The notes beneath the pieces were generated by a model that had not been told where the DNA came from, ran no database searches, and saw only the letters and a list, made by a program, of their open reading frames with translations. A program made the translations under genes and the position numbers. From Gnetum montanum (lineage: Eukaryota; Plantae; Gnetophyta), in assembly GCA_015680685.1 (NCBI GenBank), contig MNCI01002140.1:189797-253796 (forward strand): DNA of 64,000 nt. The letters are read 5' to 3'. Within the stretch, counting starts at the first letter, position 1. The number at the start of each line of letters is the position of its first letter. Shown one piece after another: positions 1 through 11,834 of this stretch.

Positions 1-3000
1 AGCAATGACGGATAGTAATCTAAGGCAATTACCTAGTAAGCCCTCAGGTGTGAGAGTAGGGGGTCCCCCAGCTACACACCATCAAAGAGGCTAGTAATTG
101 GGGGTGAAATAGCCCCTCCACCTTCAACTACTAGAGGGTCTCTATGGCCTCATTCAACTCCTCCTTATGTGCTTCCCTCCTCAATTCAAGGAGGGGCCAC
201 CTATACTACTATTGTTACTGCTACTTCAGTAGCCCTCTCTCCTAATTTACAAAATAGCATGTTAGCATTAGTATAACATAGCAAAAATCATAAAGAATAT
301 AAACATAAAAAATACAAAATAAATGCATCTAGCAATATACAAATACTAACATGCAACCTCTGTGCATCAGTTGGGGATCTTAAGATGAATCTTCTTGGTG
401 CCTACCCATCCAACCTTAGGAGCGGCCTCCTCTATTGGGCATGGCCTTTTAATCTTTTCCTTGGATGGTCCCACCATTTCTACAATATATCAGTTAGCCT
501 TGTTTACATCCCCAATAACAACTAGGGGACACTCACCTATGTTGTCACGTGAATAATGTGATCACCCCAAGAGACCTTTGGTTGTCACTGAGTATGACTC
601 ATTGATCCACTCTGGGGGGTCTTGCATGTGAGTGGTTTTAAACATGTGCTTAATCCAAGGCTTAGACAGCTACTCATAGTCCTACACAATCCATTGCCCA
701 CTATCTTGAACCACCAAGAGATCTACGAACCTTCACAAATACCCTATGAAGAATGTGAAGTGTACATGGAACTTCCCTTAGAGGTTGAAGTATAGCTTGG
801 TGTCTCTTCATGTAGGCTAGTGGTGATGTAAGAGTCCTAGTTGAACCTCATGCCCTTCTACAAAACCTCCTTCATCATCCATGACTACTCAACTTCAAGG
901 ATTTTTCCTTGGGAGAGCAACTTTAGGAAGGAACGGGCACGAAAGAGAGGGTAGAGCTCCTAGACCTCAAGCATATGCACATTTTTAATTAGGATTCCCT
1001 TGTGAGATCAAGTGTTTTCCAACTAGCCCTCGATCTCTCCTTTGTGGTCCACCATCCTATTGGCCTTGTCAATTACCAATAAGCCTTCAGTGGAAAGGCC
1101 AAAAAGGTCAATGAAGAAGGCCTCGTTGAGGTCCAAAACTACCCTAACACCGTGCACATGGATGATAAAGTGGCAGATATTACTGCTAAATGAGTCTATG
1201 ATGGTGACCGTTTTGGCCACCAGAATGCTTTAGCTAAGGGCCAAAAAAAGGTTCATCAACCCAACACATGTGAGCCAACTGGTCAATGCCTTTGAGGCCT
1301 AGTGGCATAACCAATGTTATACCCCCTCTACATCACCATATTTCATGATAAGGATGGCCTCAGTGGAGCCTGTGGCGACCACCATCACCTCTCGTGAAGC
1401 AACTATAGTTAAAAAAAAGGTAAAAAAATGTTAACATCATGAAAAGGCAAAAGGAAAATCAAAAAGCATATATGTGAGAAATCATAAGAGCCAAAATAGT
1501 AAACACTTACGTGGAACAAATGGTGTGCGAGATGGAGGTGGTGGTGCAATAACCTCTTCAAGGTTGAGCTCACCACTAGCCCACTACTCATCAAGCCAAT
1601 CATGGAACTTGCATTACTTGAACACTCTTAGATACTAGGTAGGGTAATCCATTAGATTAGTTCCCAACTACTTAAGAACAACCTCCCAAAGATTCAAACT
1701 AGGGGAGAACACTTTTAGGGTAGTACGAATCAAGGCAAGAGCCTCTACCTCTTCATGGAGACCCTACTTGTCAACTTTGAATCTATCATTAGGCATGAGC
1801 AATTAACAAACTTAGCATGAGCTAGTAGCAAAGGAATACAACACAAAAAACCATAAGAGCACTTAACCCTCCGGTGTAGTATACTGTTCTAGGTGGATTT
1901 TGGAATAAATTATGCATGCGTAGAGAAACAAAGAGGGTGTTGCTCTTTTTGTAGCAAGAGAACTCTAGAATTTTCAAAATCCTAGATAAGGGTCAAGCAC
2001 CCATGGGGCCTCTACTTGAACCACCTACTCCATCATCACCAATAATGGGCTCATCGAACATGAACCTCAGTATGTCCTAGTTAGCCTTGGGTAGTAATGT
2101 CTTGGTGATGATGCTTGCAGCCTCCACTGCTAAGTGTGACCACATCATTATTGATGAGTGGCGAGGTACCCCTACACTCCACCATACGAATATGAGCATG
2201 CACGCACGATCCGGTAAAACTCCGCAGACTAAATGCCTTAACGCCACAAGACACACTTGGGGTTAATCGTTCGTTGTCTTCCCAGGCTTGCTTGTATGTG
2301 TCACGGTGTATGGTTAAGCAAGTCTGAGGTATGTGATTTTCTTGGTATTTTTGGCTTATCTCCTATGCTATCAGAGGAAAGGGTTGAGAAATTAAACTAA
2401 CTCTAACTAAGGTCTAATTCTAAATTAACTAGCGTCAGCATCCGTTCCCACTTGCCGGACACACCCTGAACTATGCAACTGCAGCTTACCAAACGCTAAT
2501 CGTTACTGGGATTGCCACACGTAACGCAAGTACTCGAAGTGGTCGTACTTAGGCACCTATTTAGCCTACGTGTGATAATCAGCTGATTCCTTAGCCAGCC
2601 GTACACACCCGTGGGTGCTCGTAACTAAGTCGTACTTATCACACGNNNNNNNNNNNNNNNNNNNNNNNNNNNNNNNNNNNNNNNNNNNNNNNNNNNNNNN
2701 NNNNNNNNNNNNNNNNNNNNNNNNNNNNNNNNNNNNNNNNNNNNNNNNNNNNNNNNNNNNNNNNNNNNNNNNNNNNNNNNNNNNNNNNNNNNNNNNNNNN
2801 NNNNNNNNNNNNNNNNNNNNNNNNNNNNNNNNNNNNNNNNNNNNNNNNNNNNNNNNNNNNNNNNNNNNNNNNNNNNNNTAGATATGGCGGCGGGACGCGA
2901 TATCGCGTACGCGATATCGCGGCCTAGTGCAAGTCGCGTCTCATCAATTACACTGAAGTGTTGTAGCAGGAATGCCAAGAACTCATGTGCACCTAGCCAG

Positions 3001-3120
3001 AAGCACCATGCCTGATAACCTACCCACATATCTAACATAGGCATGTTTGAGACATGCTTGCTCATGTAACAAAGAATGCTAACAAGCTCCATGACAACTA
3101 AGATTGGCTTCAACAACACC
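1..3120 (-). pseudogene. Antisense spliced accessory gene of element A (HAD/FCP1-like exon and plant-mobile-domain-like exon), decayed and interrupted by a solo LTR
   Basis: Minus translation VLLKPILVVMELVSILCY...GAHEFLAFLLQHFSV|(LTR)|MMWSHL...YKKSNTLFVSLRMHNLFQNPPRTVYYTGG, donor at 1867. Intron 1510-1403 (GT..AG), then VASREVMVV...WLCH...LMNLFLAL...LDLNEAFFIDLFGL. Collinear with 23014-27419. Confidence 0.8.
2152..2946 (-). mobile_element. Solo LTR of the Athila-like TGATG...CATCA family (contains N gap)
   Basis: Minus-strand ends TGATGAG... and ...GGTACCTCGCCACTCATCA match LTR ends at 37145 and 56550. TSD ATTAT/ATTAC. Removing it restores the cargo reading frame (FSV-MMWSHL). Confidence 0.8.
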
Positions 3121-4243
3121 TTGCAACAACAAAGTAACAAGTGTAGCATTAGTATATATTATATGAAAAATTGATAAAAAATATTATAAATTAAACTTAG
3201 CAAAATTAGCATAACATAGCATCAACTAGCAAAAAATATCTTAGGGCCCCTTGGGCCTCGTAGGTATAGGACATTACCACATACATTTGATGGACCTGGT
3301 ACTCACTAGGGTATAGCATGTTTTGCATAGCAATAACATTTTTTTTCATATGTTTGAATGTTTTGCTTTATAGTTTACATGTTTTGGCAATTTCTCATTA
3401 GCATTCTATATTTCATAAGTTTAGAATTTTATACAAAATTTTCAAAAACTTTTCTAACTCCTGGCAATGTAGTCTAGAAGATTACAAATTTTTCTAACTT
3501 TGGGTTACCTCAAGGAGCATAGTCTAGAAAGCACTACAATTTCTTCTAACTCTAGTTTACATCAACTATGCTCTAGAGATTAGGGAGCATATTTCCAAGA
3601 AACAAAAAATTTTTTAACTTCCAACTACACTCCTCACAAAGTATAGTCCAAACAAAAAGCTAACTATTGAGTAGGGGTAATTTCGATGGACACTTGGCGT
3701 CAACTATGCCTTTGAGATGTGAGCATAGTCCTAGTTGTGGCTAGTGAATTGAGGTTTGGCTACTGCCCCAATGTTCTCCTCTCCACTGCCTAGTGCCCCA
3801 CTAGCCACTCTCACCATGCCCCATGCATCAAATGCCAGCCACAACCGTGGCCCTTATGGTTACGTACCACACATGCATGCCCTTTCTCCCTACTACATCA
3901 ACAGCAATGACAACAGCAACCCTTGCCATGGCAAGGTGCCACCAATGCCCAAATCCCCAAATCCTCGATGCAAAGTATGAGCAAAGTGAAATGCAAAAAA
4001 TAGCAAAAAGGGGAAGAGTGTAGTTAGGATACTTGGTGGACGGTGGTGCCCTCTACTTCTCCACATGTGCCCATGACAAGTGTCTCAATGCTTGTTCTCC
4101 CTCATCAATGTTCATCAGTTTGGGTTGTTGGTGTCCACTTCAGCGAGCCATCTTGGCAACTACGCTCTTCACAGACCACACTATGCTTTGAAACTTTGCA
4201 TTTTTACCTTTGAAAGTGATAGAATTACACAAGGTGAAATGTG

Positions 4244-4385
4244 CTTTTATACCCCTTGGGACTACTTAATGATTTATCATCCTTGAGACTATGCTCAACC
4301 TTGTTTGTATAGTGCAAAGTGTAGTTGGGTGAGAGCATAGTTGGGTGGGAGCATAGTCACTAGACTTAGAAAAAATTTAAATTTT
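4244..4385 (-). promoter_or_regulatory. Putative promoter of the antisense cargo gene (TATAAAAG plus LTR-U3-like motifs)
   Basis: Minus TATAAAAG at 4251-4244. Upstream minus AATTTTTTCTAAGTCTAGTGACTATGCTCCCAC resembles LTR-A motif TTTTTTCTAAGTGTTGAGACTATGCTTCCCAC (~10305-10340). Confidence 0.45.
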
Positions 4386-4699
4386 TCTTGCTACCTAGTG
4401 AACACCTAGTTCAGCTTTGTGTCCCAAGCACTCCCAACCTTGCCAAAAATGATGCATCTATCACATACCACAATCCACTAAGACCTTAAACTGGTGCCTC
4501 ATGATCCTCTAAGACCCTAAATTAGAACCCATGACTTACTAAGGCCTAAAACTAGCCCATGCATACTTGCTTTTTAACATCACATCTGCATACTTAGGTG
4601 AAATTTTATTGCATTTCTTTCCTTCATTTTATGCATATTACTCTCATTAAGATAGGTGTGGCTTGAATTTTTTTTGGTTTCTTTTGCAAGACCTTTGCA

Positions 4700-7600
4700 G
4701 GAATTCAACATAACTACATAGAAGCATCTTCATTGACCTCTAGTCATCACTAGATCCCATGGTGATCTCACATGATGTATTAATCCACAATGCTTAGACC
4801 TTGAGCCCATAGCCTACAATGAATATATAACATCTGTAGAGGCACCACTAGACTGGCTAGGCCATCTAATTAAGGCTCTAGATCTAGAAGAAGTGATGTC
4901 ACAAAGGATCCCCTTGTTGAAATCCATATAGCAACACCTGATGACTAGGAAAAAGTATTGAAACTTAGTTTTTGTTAGAGCTTCAACATGCTCAAAACAT
5001 TGCAAAAGTACTCAATGATAACATCAAGGAATTCACATGGTCTTATGAAGACATGCTAGGCCTAGATCCTTACATAGTACAACATAACATAATCCTTGAT
5101 TACACCATAAAACCAGTTAAGTAGAAAGCTTGCAAGGTTAGGCTTGAAGTGGCATTGGTAGTCTATGATGAAATCACTAAGCTCTACAAAGTAGGGTTCA
5201 TCCAAGCCATTGACTATGTAGACTGGGTCTCCAACATCATGGTGGTACCCAAGAAAAATGGAAGTATATGCATTTGCATAGACTTCTAGGACCTAAACAA
5301 GGCAACCATTAAAGATGACTTCTCGTTGCCTAGTATTAACCAATTGGTCAAATACCACAGTTGGTCATTCCTTGTTATCCTTCATGGATCGGTTCTTGAG
5401 TTACAATTAGATCTGGATCAACCTAGAGCACTAGCTCAATACTACCTTTATGACCCCTTGGGGTACATTTTATTACACTATGATGCCCTTTGAACTTAAT
5501 AACATAGGAGCAACTTATCAATAAGCCATTACATACATTTTTAGTGATTACATGTTAGGTCTACTCAATGATTATGTTGATGACATAGCAGTCAAGTCCA
5601 AAGTGGCACACAACCACGTAGATAACTTGGACCTTGTACTTAAACATTGTCTGAAGCATGAACTTAGGTTAAATCCTAAGAAATGTGTGTTTGGCATCAA
5701 GATCGGCCACATACTAGGTTTCATAGTATTCAAAGTAGGCATACACGTAGACCCTAATAAGGTTAAGGTCATTATCAACTTAGCACTACTGGGTAACCTT
5801 AAGGAGCTATGAGGGTTGTAGGGTAGATTGCAATTCATATGCAAGTTTATCGCATAGTTGACTGACAAGTTGCAGCCAATGCAAGACTTGCTCAAAAAGG
5901 GAATCCACTTTGAGTGGATAGCTTAATGCCAAGAGGCATTTGAAAACCTTAAATAGGAGTTGGCTCAACTTCTAATGGTCTACCCTCCACAATAAGATAA
6001 CCCATTTTACATCTACCTTGATACCTCTAACACGTCCATCACTTCTTTGCATTGTCAAAAGTGAGATGATGGCACAGAGGTCTTGGTATACTACTTAAGC
6101 CATGCATTGGTTACCTATGAAGTGAAGTATAATGATGTGGAAAAGAATTGTCTTGCCTTAGTCTTTGCACTCAACAAGTGGAGGAATGATATTTTTCACA
6201 GTTAAGTCAACATCATATGCAAAATTAATGTACTCCAAGCCATTACCATAAATATCTATGAGAGTAGTTGCATGGCATAATGGAAAGCAATAACTATAGA
6301 GTTTGACCTGCATTATGTTGCACAAGTAATAGTTGCACAACTTACACCTTCCCCAATCAATGATCAAGTAGCAATAGATCCAAAATTTCTAGATGAGCAT
6401 GTTACTAGCATAAGTCAAGTGCCTGATAACTTTGAGGCACTTTTACACTTTAATGGTGCTTCAACCTCTTAAGGGGGTAGTGTTTTTTTTGTAATCATGT
6501 TCCCCTCTAGGGATATCCAATCCTTCGTGTAACGTTTTGTATTTCTATGCACTAACAACATGGCTGAGTATGAAGGTCTCCTCTGGGGCATCCTAGCAGC
6601 TTGCAACCTAGGAATACAAAACCTAGTGATCTGAGGCAACTTGCAGTTAGTGGTTAACCAAGTTACAAAGGTTTATGCTTGTAAAGCCCAACATCTACAA
6701 CCCTATTATGACTTGGTGAAGCACTTGCTTAAGCAATTTCCAACCATTGATGTTCAACATATTCCCCACAACGAAAACACCATTGCTGATGCATTAGCAA
6801 TGTTAGTCATAAGCATTGCACTTGATATGTTTCATGCATTATCCACCTCAGTGACAGATTGCACTGTGCCTATCACACAAACTATTGACATTGCATCCAT
6901 AGCCACCGTAAATACAACCCACACAGTAGAATGGTACAATGACATTAAGGCATATCTTCTACAGGGTGAACCTCCACAACATCTAACCACTACCTAAGAG
7001 GATGTAGTGCATAAGAAATCACGAAAGTACATCATCATGGATAATAGCACCTTGTGTTATAGATCCTATGATGACTTAATATTAACATGTGTAAGTAATA
7101 GCAAAGTGCAAACAATCATTGAAGAAGTCCACAAGGGATTTTGTGGAGGCCACATAGCACCCAGGGCAATGGTGGCAAAGATCAAACGCTTAGGCTACTA
7201 TTGGCCTTATATGAAGAATGATTGTGTCTCTAAGGCCAATACTTGCAACACATGTCAATAGCATGGAAATTTAATGCATGTGCCACCAACTGAACTACAC
7301 ATAATGTAGATCATGTGGTTGTTCCAATGTTGGGGGCTAGACATCATAGAACCTATAACACCTAAGTCCTCTACAAGACATAGCTTCATTATAACCACAA
7401 CTAAATACTTTACCAAGTGGGTTGAAGCTATTTCCTTAGGAAGACAACATCATAGTAGGTCTGCAAATTTGTACTTGATAACATAGTGACCTATTTTGGT
7501 TTACCCATGACCATCGTAACAGATAATAGGCCATAGTTTAGCAGTGCTGAGACCAAGGCTTTCTATGAGTGCTTTGGCATTAAAAATTCCTTCTTGTTGC

Positions 7601-8172
7601 CATACTACCTACAAGTAAATAGCCAAGCAGAGGCCACAAAAAAGGTCATTTTCAACCTTCTGAAGAAGATGCCTAGTAGCAACAAGTGATGATGACACAA
7701 GAAATTAGTCTATGCACTCTGGGCCTACCACACAACATGTAGGATAGCAACAAGCAAGACACCATATAGCCTTATTTATGGGTCTGAAGAAATTTCACCT
7801 CTTGAATTGTAGGTTCCATTGCTCCATGTGATCCTCTCAAGCTTCAACAATGAAGCTTAAAATGATGAGTTGAGAAACATGGACCTTGACTCAATAGAGG
7901 AGGAGTGGATGCAAATTCTTAACTGCATCAAGTGGTACCAACAAGTGTAATAGTAGAAACACTATCACAATTAGCATTAGCACCCAATTAAGAAAAGGGA
8001 CTTAGTTCTCGAGGTCATTCATAAACCTGTAGACAAATTCTTAGCCAACTAGGAAGGGTCTTTCTTAGTCGTCATGGTCTATGAAATTGGAGTATTTAAG
8101 CTTATTGACCATGATCGCAATGAATTTGCCAATTTAGTGAACCACTCATATCTAAAGCCTTACTATGCCTAG
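4700..8172 (+). pseudogene. pol: Decayed pol: RT (YVDD), RNase H, archaeal-type RNase H, integrase
   Basis: LNDYVDDIAVKS, LRLNPKKCVFG, TNNMAEYEGL (aRH), EEVHKGFCGGH...GYYWP...CNTCQ, WGLDII, YFTKWVEA; many TAG/TAA/TGA stops and frameshifts. Confidence 0.95.
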
Positions 8173-8212
8173 TACGCAACAGTGCATCTCAACAAAGCAA
8201 GGTAAGTACAAG

Positions 8213-8556
8213 TCCACTATGACTATAAACTAGTAAAACATTAGTATGCTATGATTATAAGCTAGCATAGATAGTCCGCTATGAGTATAAACTAGTGCAG
8301 CTCATCCTCCATGACATTAAACTAGCATCCATATCCATAGTCTACTATAACTATAAACTAGCACAGCTAGTCTGCTATGACTATAAACTAGCATAGATAG
8401 TCTACCATGACACTAAACTAGTACAAATTATCCTTGGGTCATGGCACTAAACTAGCACAATAGATTATCCACTACAATGTTAAACTAGAACATAGTAGTC
8501 TACTAGGACTATAAACTAGCATGCATCATAGTTTGATAGGACCTTAAACTAGGTTC
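8213..8556 (+). repeat. 3' UTR tandem array, ~30 bp units with core GTCYRCTATGACTATAAACTAGCA
   Basis: About 10 imperfect copies of ...TAAACTAG... immediately after the integrase stop. Confidence 0.85.
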
Positions 8557-9787
8557 ATGGTATGCTAGGANNNNNNNNNNNNNNNNNNNNNNNNNNNNNN
8601 NNNNNNNNNNNNNNNNNNNNNNNNNNNNNNNNNNNNNNNNNNNNNNNNNNNNNNNNNNNNNNNNNNNNNNNNNNNNNNNNNNNNNNNNNNNNNNNNNNNN
8701 NNNNNNNNNNNNNNNNNNNNNNNNNNNNNNNNNNNNNNNNNNNNNNNNNNNNNNNNNNNNNNNNNNNNNNNNNNNNNNNNNNNNNNNNNNNNNNNNNNNN
8801 NNNNNNNNNNNNNNNNNNNNNNNNNNNNNNNNNNNNNNNNNNNNNNNNNNNNNNNNNNNNNNNNNNNNNNNNNNNNNNNNNNNNNNNNNNNNNNNTACAT
8901 CTCATGCACAGGGTGGGGACACTGTAGTTCCAGAATATATTTCCTATCATCAAGAAAGGCCTCTAGAACGTTTACAACATTATCGCCCCCCAACATTTTG
9001 CTGATTTTCTAGAACCACCCTAAGGCATTTTGCTAATCTTTTGAAGCTCCTATTATTAGTGCCAACACTACTAGCTCTAAGAAACACTTGTAGCACTACC
9101 AGCTTCAGGAGTTTGTTGGTGCTTTAAGCTCTTTTCATTAGCACTACCCCCTTGAGCACACACAACATCATGGCCCTAACACATTTACTGGCTTTTTAAA
9201 CACTTATAATTAGTTTATCTATTGTAGCATTTGCAATACCCTTACATCCAATAGTTTACTCACATCTTATGTTGTGTGGTTATTTTCTTGTTTTCTCTAA
9301 GTTGTGTTTGTAGGATGAAGCCCCTAAGGTGATCATGCAGAGATGCATCTTATCACAGTAGCAAGTCACCACATTACTCCAATGCGCATGATTGGACTAG
9401 CCAAGACAATCAAGAGTGCACATCCCTATTTACCCCGCTATAGCTTACTTGCATTTACCCCTTTACCTTGCATTCCCCTACCTTCCCTTACATTACGGAT
9501 CTTGCAAACCCTTCAAATGCACATGGCATCCTTTAAGTCAACCATAGAACCAATGAAGGATGTAACACAACTCATCCCATGGGAAGCCTCTATGGACTAG
9601 TCAAATCCCAAGTGCATGTAATGCAACTCATCTCAAGGAGGAAACACCTATTCCAAAAATGCAACATGGTTGCACCAAAAAAAAAACCCACTAGGTGGCA
9701 CACAGTTCACCTAATGAAAAGCATCTCGCAGTTAGCATTTCGTGATGTGCAAAATCCAAAGTAGGTTCACCTCATAATCAAAAAGTA

Positions 9788-9792
<5 letters not shown>

Positions 9793-9832
<40 letters not shown>
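9793..9832. repeat. (GA)n microsatellite
   Basis: Pure AG run of ~40 bp. Confidence 0.95.
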
Positions 9833-9835
<3 letters not shown>

Positions 9836-10237
9836 GGGTAAAAACATGTTCCCAAGTAAAAATTAGCAAAGCTACAATTTCACCACAGGGCAAAGCCATC
9901 TTGGTGCCATGGATGCTAAAACTCTCACAAGCATTCTAATGAGAGGTCACCATTTTGGGAGAAAGCCACCCTAGTGCCTTGATCCTCATTAGCCATGCTA
10001 ATTTCACATCTTGCAGCATGACATCAAGTTTGCATTTTTCCTCCCTTGCCATCCTTAGCACATTTCCTACATCCTTTCCCTCTAGCATACCACAACCCTT
10101 AGCACTCTTGAGTATGGTGAAGTGACCTCTGATTAGGTATTGACGAGCGATGTTGATGCCTAACTTACTATGGTGTTTTGTAGTCTTTGTTAATGTCTCT
10201 CAGGCCACTCCTCTAGACGTCAACAAAGACATGCCAA

Positions 10238-11834
10238 TGAAACACCACCAAGTTTGGGCCACCACGTCTCGACCGCAAATTTTTCTAAGTGTCAACACAA
10301 GGCAATTTTTTTCTAAGTGTTGAGACTATGCTTCCCACTACTAGGACCATGATCTAGAGCATAGTCAGTGTAGTTGACATAAGTAGTTTAGAATTACAAG
10401 ATTTTTCTTAGTGTTGACAGTAGCTGCAAATTTCTCTAAGTGTCAAAATATGCTCTCACTTCTAGGACTACACTCTAGAGCATAGTCAGTGTAGTCAGCA
10501 CACCAATAGCTAGTTTTGAAAATTTTCCTAAGTGTCAAGCTAAGATCTATCAAGCTTACTTGGCATGGAAAAAATAGTTTGGCAAAATTTCTACCAAAAG
10601 CTATCAAGCATTCTTGGCATGGAAGAAATAGTTTGACAAAATTTCTAACTACTCGACTACACTCCCTACTACACTCTAGAGTGTAGTTAGTGTAGTCTAC
10701 ACGAAGTAACTAGTTTTTGTAGGATTTTTTCTAAGTGCCATACTATGCTCTCACTGCCAAGATTACACTCCAAAGCATAGTCAACATTGAACCTCATTTT
10801 TTGCAAAATTTATCTAACTATTGGGACTATGCTTTAGAGCGTAGTCAATGTAGTCATGTAGAATTACCTCCAAAAGCCTCCAGAACTTAGCATTGGCCCT
10901 CATCTTAGTTTCGATGCACCTTTGGCAAGCAAGATCAACAATTTTCACTTCTTTTGCACCCCTCCCCCCCCCCCACCCCACATTTACCTCCAAATTGTAC
11001 CTATGCTTGACACCACTTGAGAGAGTGGATAGTGTAGTCCTAGAGTGTAGTCTCCAAAACTACACTTTTTGCACTATTTTCAGGTACATCATGGTCTATT
11101 TGGCACTTGCACATGTAGTCTTGGTAGCATAGTCATAGTTTGGCAGTCTCACAGGGTCCATTGAACCACACCAATAGAACACCATTTGCTTCAGTGGGAG
11201 TGTAGTTGGATGTAGCATAGTTCTAACTACTCCTTTGCCATGTGGCACCCAATCCACAATTCACGGCAACCGTAACCCTATAAATACCCTAGAATTTCAT
11301 GTTTTAGGGGTTGACATTTCAAGCATTTAGCTGGCAAACTTGAACATTGGCATTCTTGGCAATTTAGGCATTTGAGTGCAGTTGGCATTTTAGCAGACTC
11401 TAGACTAGCACTTGGCATCATCACACATCATTCGAGACACTGTAGACCACTGCAACCCATAGGACACTATGGTAGCCAACCTAGTAGGCATAGACTTCAT
11501 AGTGCTTGCTAGTCTTTATAGCCCAAACATCTTTAGACTATGACTACACTACCTACTATACTTGTTTTTACATCGCATACCTTCTCACCTTTCTTGAAGT
11601 TAACTACACTCCCCCATTTGGGGTGGTGCCACTTTCTCTCTTGCTCATTTTCCATGCATTTTTTAGCATTTTATCTTGCATATTAGCATTTATTTTCATT
11701 TTTCATTATTTTCTACACATACTCATGCATTGCATTATCATTTTACACTAAAAATCTCAACTACGCTCACACTAGTTGACATCATGGACGCTGGAAACAT
11801 CATGCAAACCCTTAGCATTCGTTTTGATGTAACA
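10238..11834 (+). repeat. 3' LTR of element A
   Basis: Starts TGAAACACC after PPT; internal GACTATGC/GCATAGTC repeats; CTATAAATACCC TATA at ~11279; ends TGTAACA. Confidence 0.75.

Larger units (their letters stand above)
1..11834 (+). mobile_element. Tat-lineage Ty3/gypsy LTR retrotransposon 'A' (5' part outside window): antisense cargo gene, RT-RH-aRH-INT, 3' UTR, 3' LTR
   Basis: Same order as element B. pol 4700-8172; PPT-like CAACAAAGACATGCCAA before LTR start TGAAACACC at 10238; ends ...GATGTAACA 11834, abutting the RT of another element. Confidence 0.8.

Noticed and set aside
2615-2881. ORFs spanning N runs (also 8555-8996)
   Set aside because: Artefacts of assembly gaps; only the 3120-2947 part of ORF 2625-3149 is meaningful.
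5572-5895. Minus-strand ORF repeated at 28888-29169
   Set aside because: Antisense shadow of conserved RT codons.
8213-8556. CRISPR-like repeat/spacer appearance (also 31468-31865, 41595-41815)
   Set aside because: Units are degenerate, spacers are short and mutually related, there are no cas genes, and the context is a eukaryotic retrotransposon UTR.
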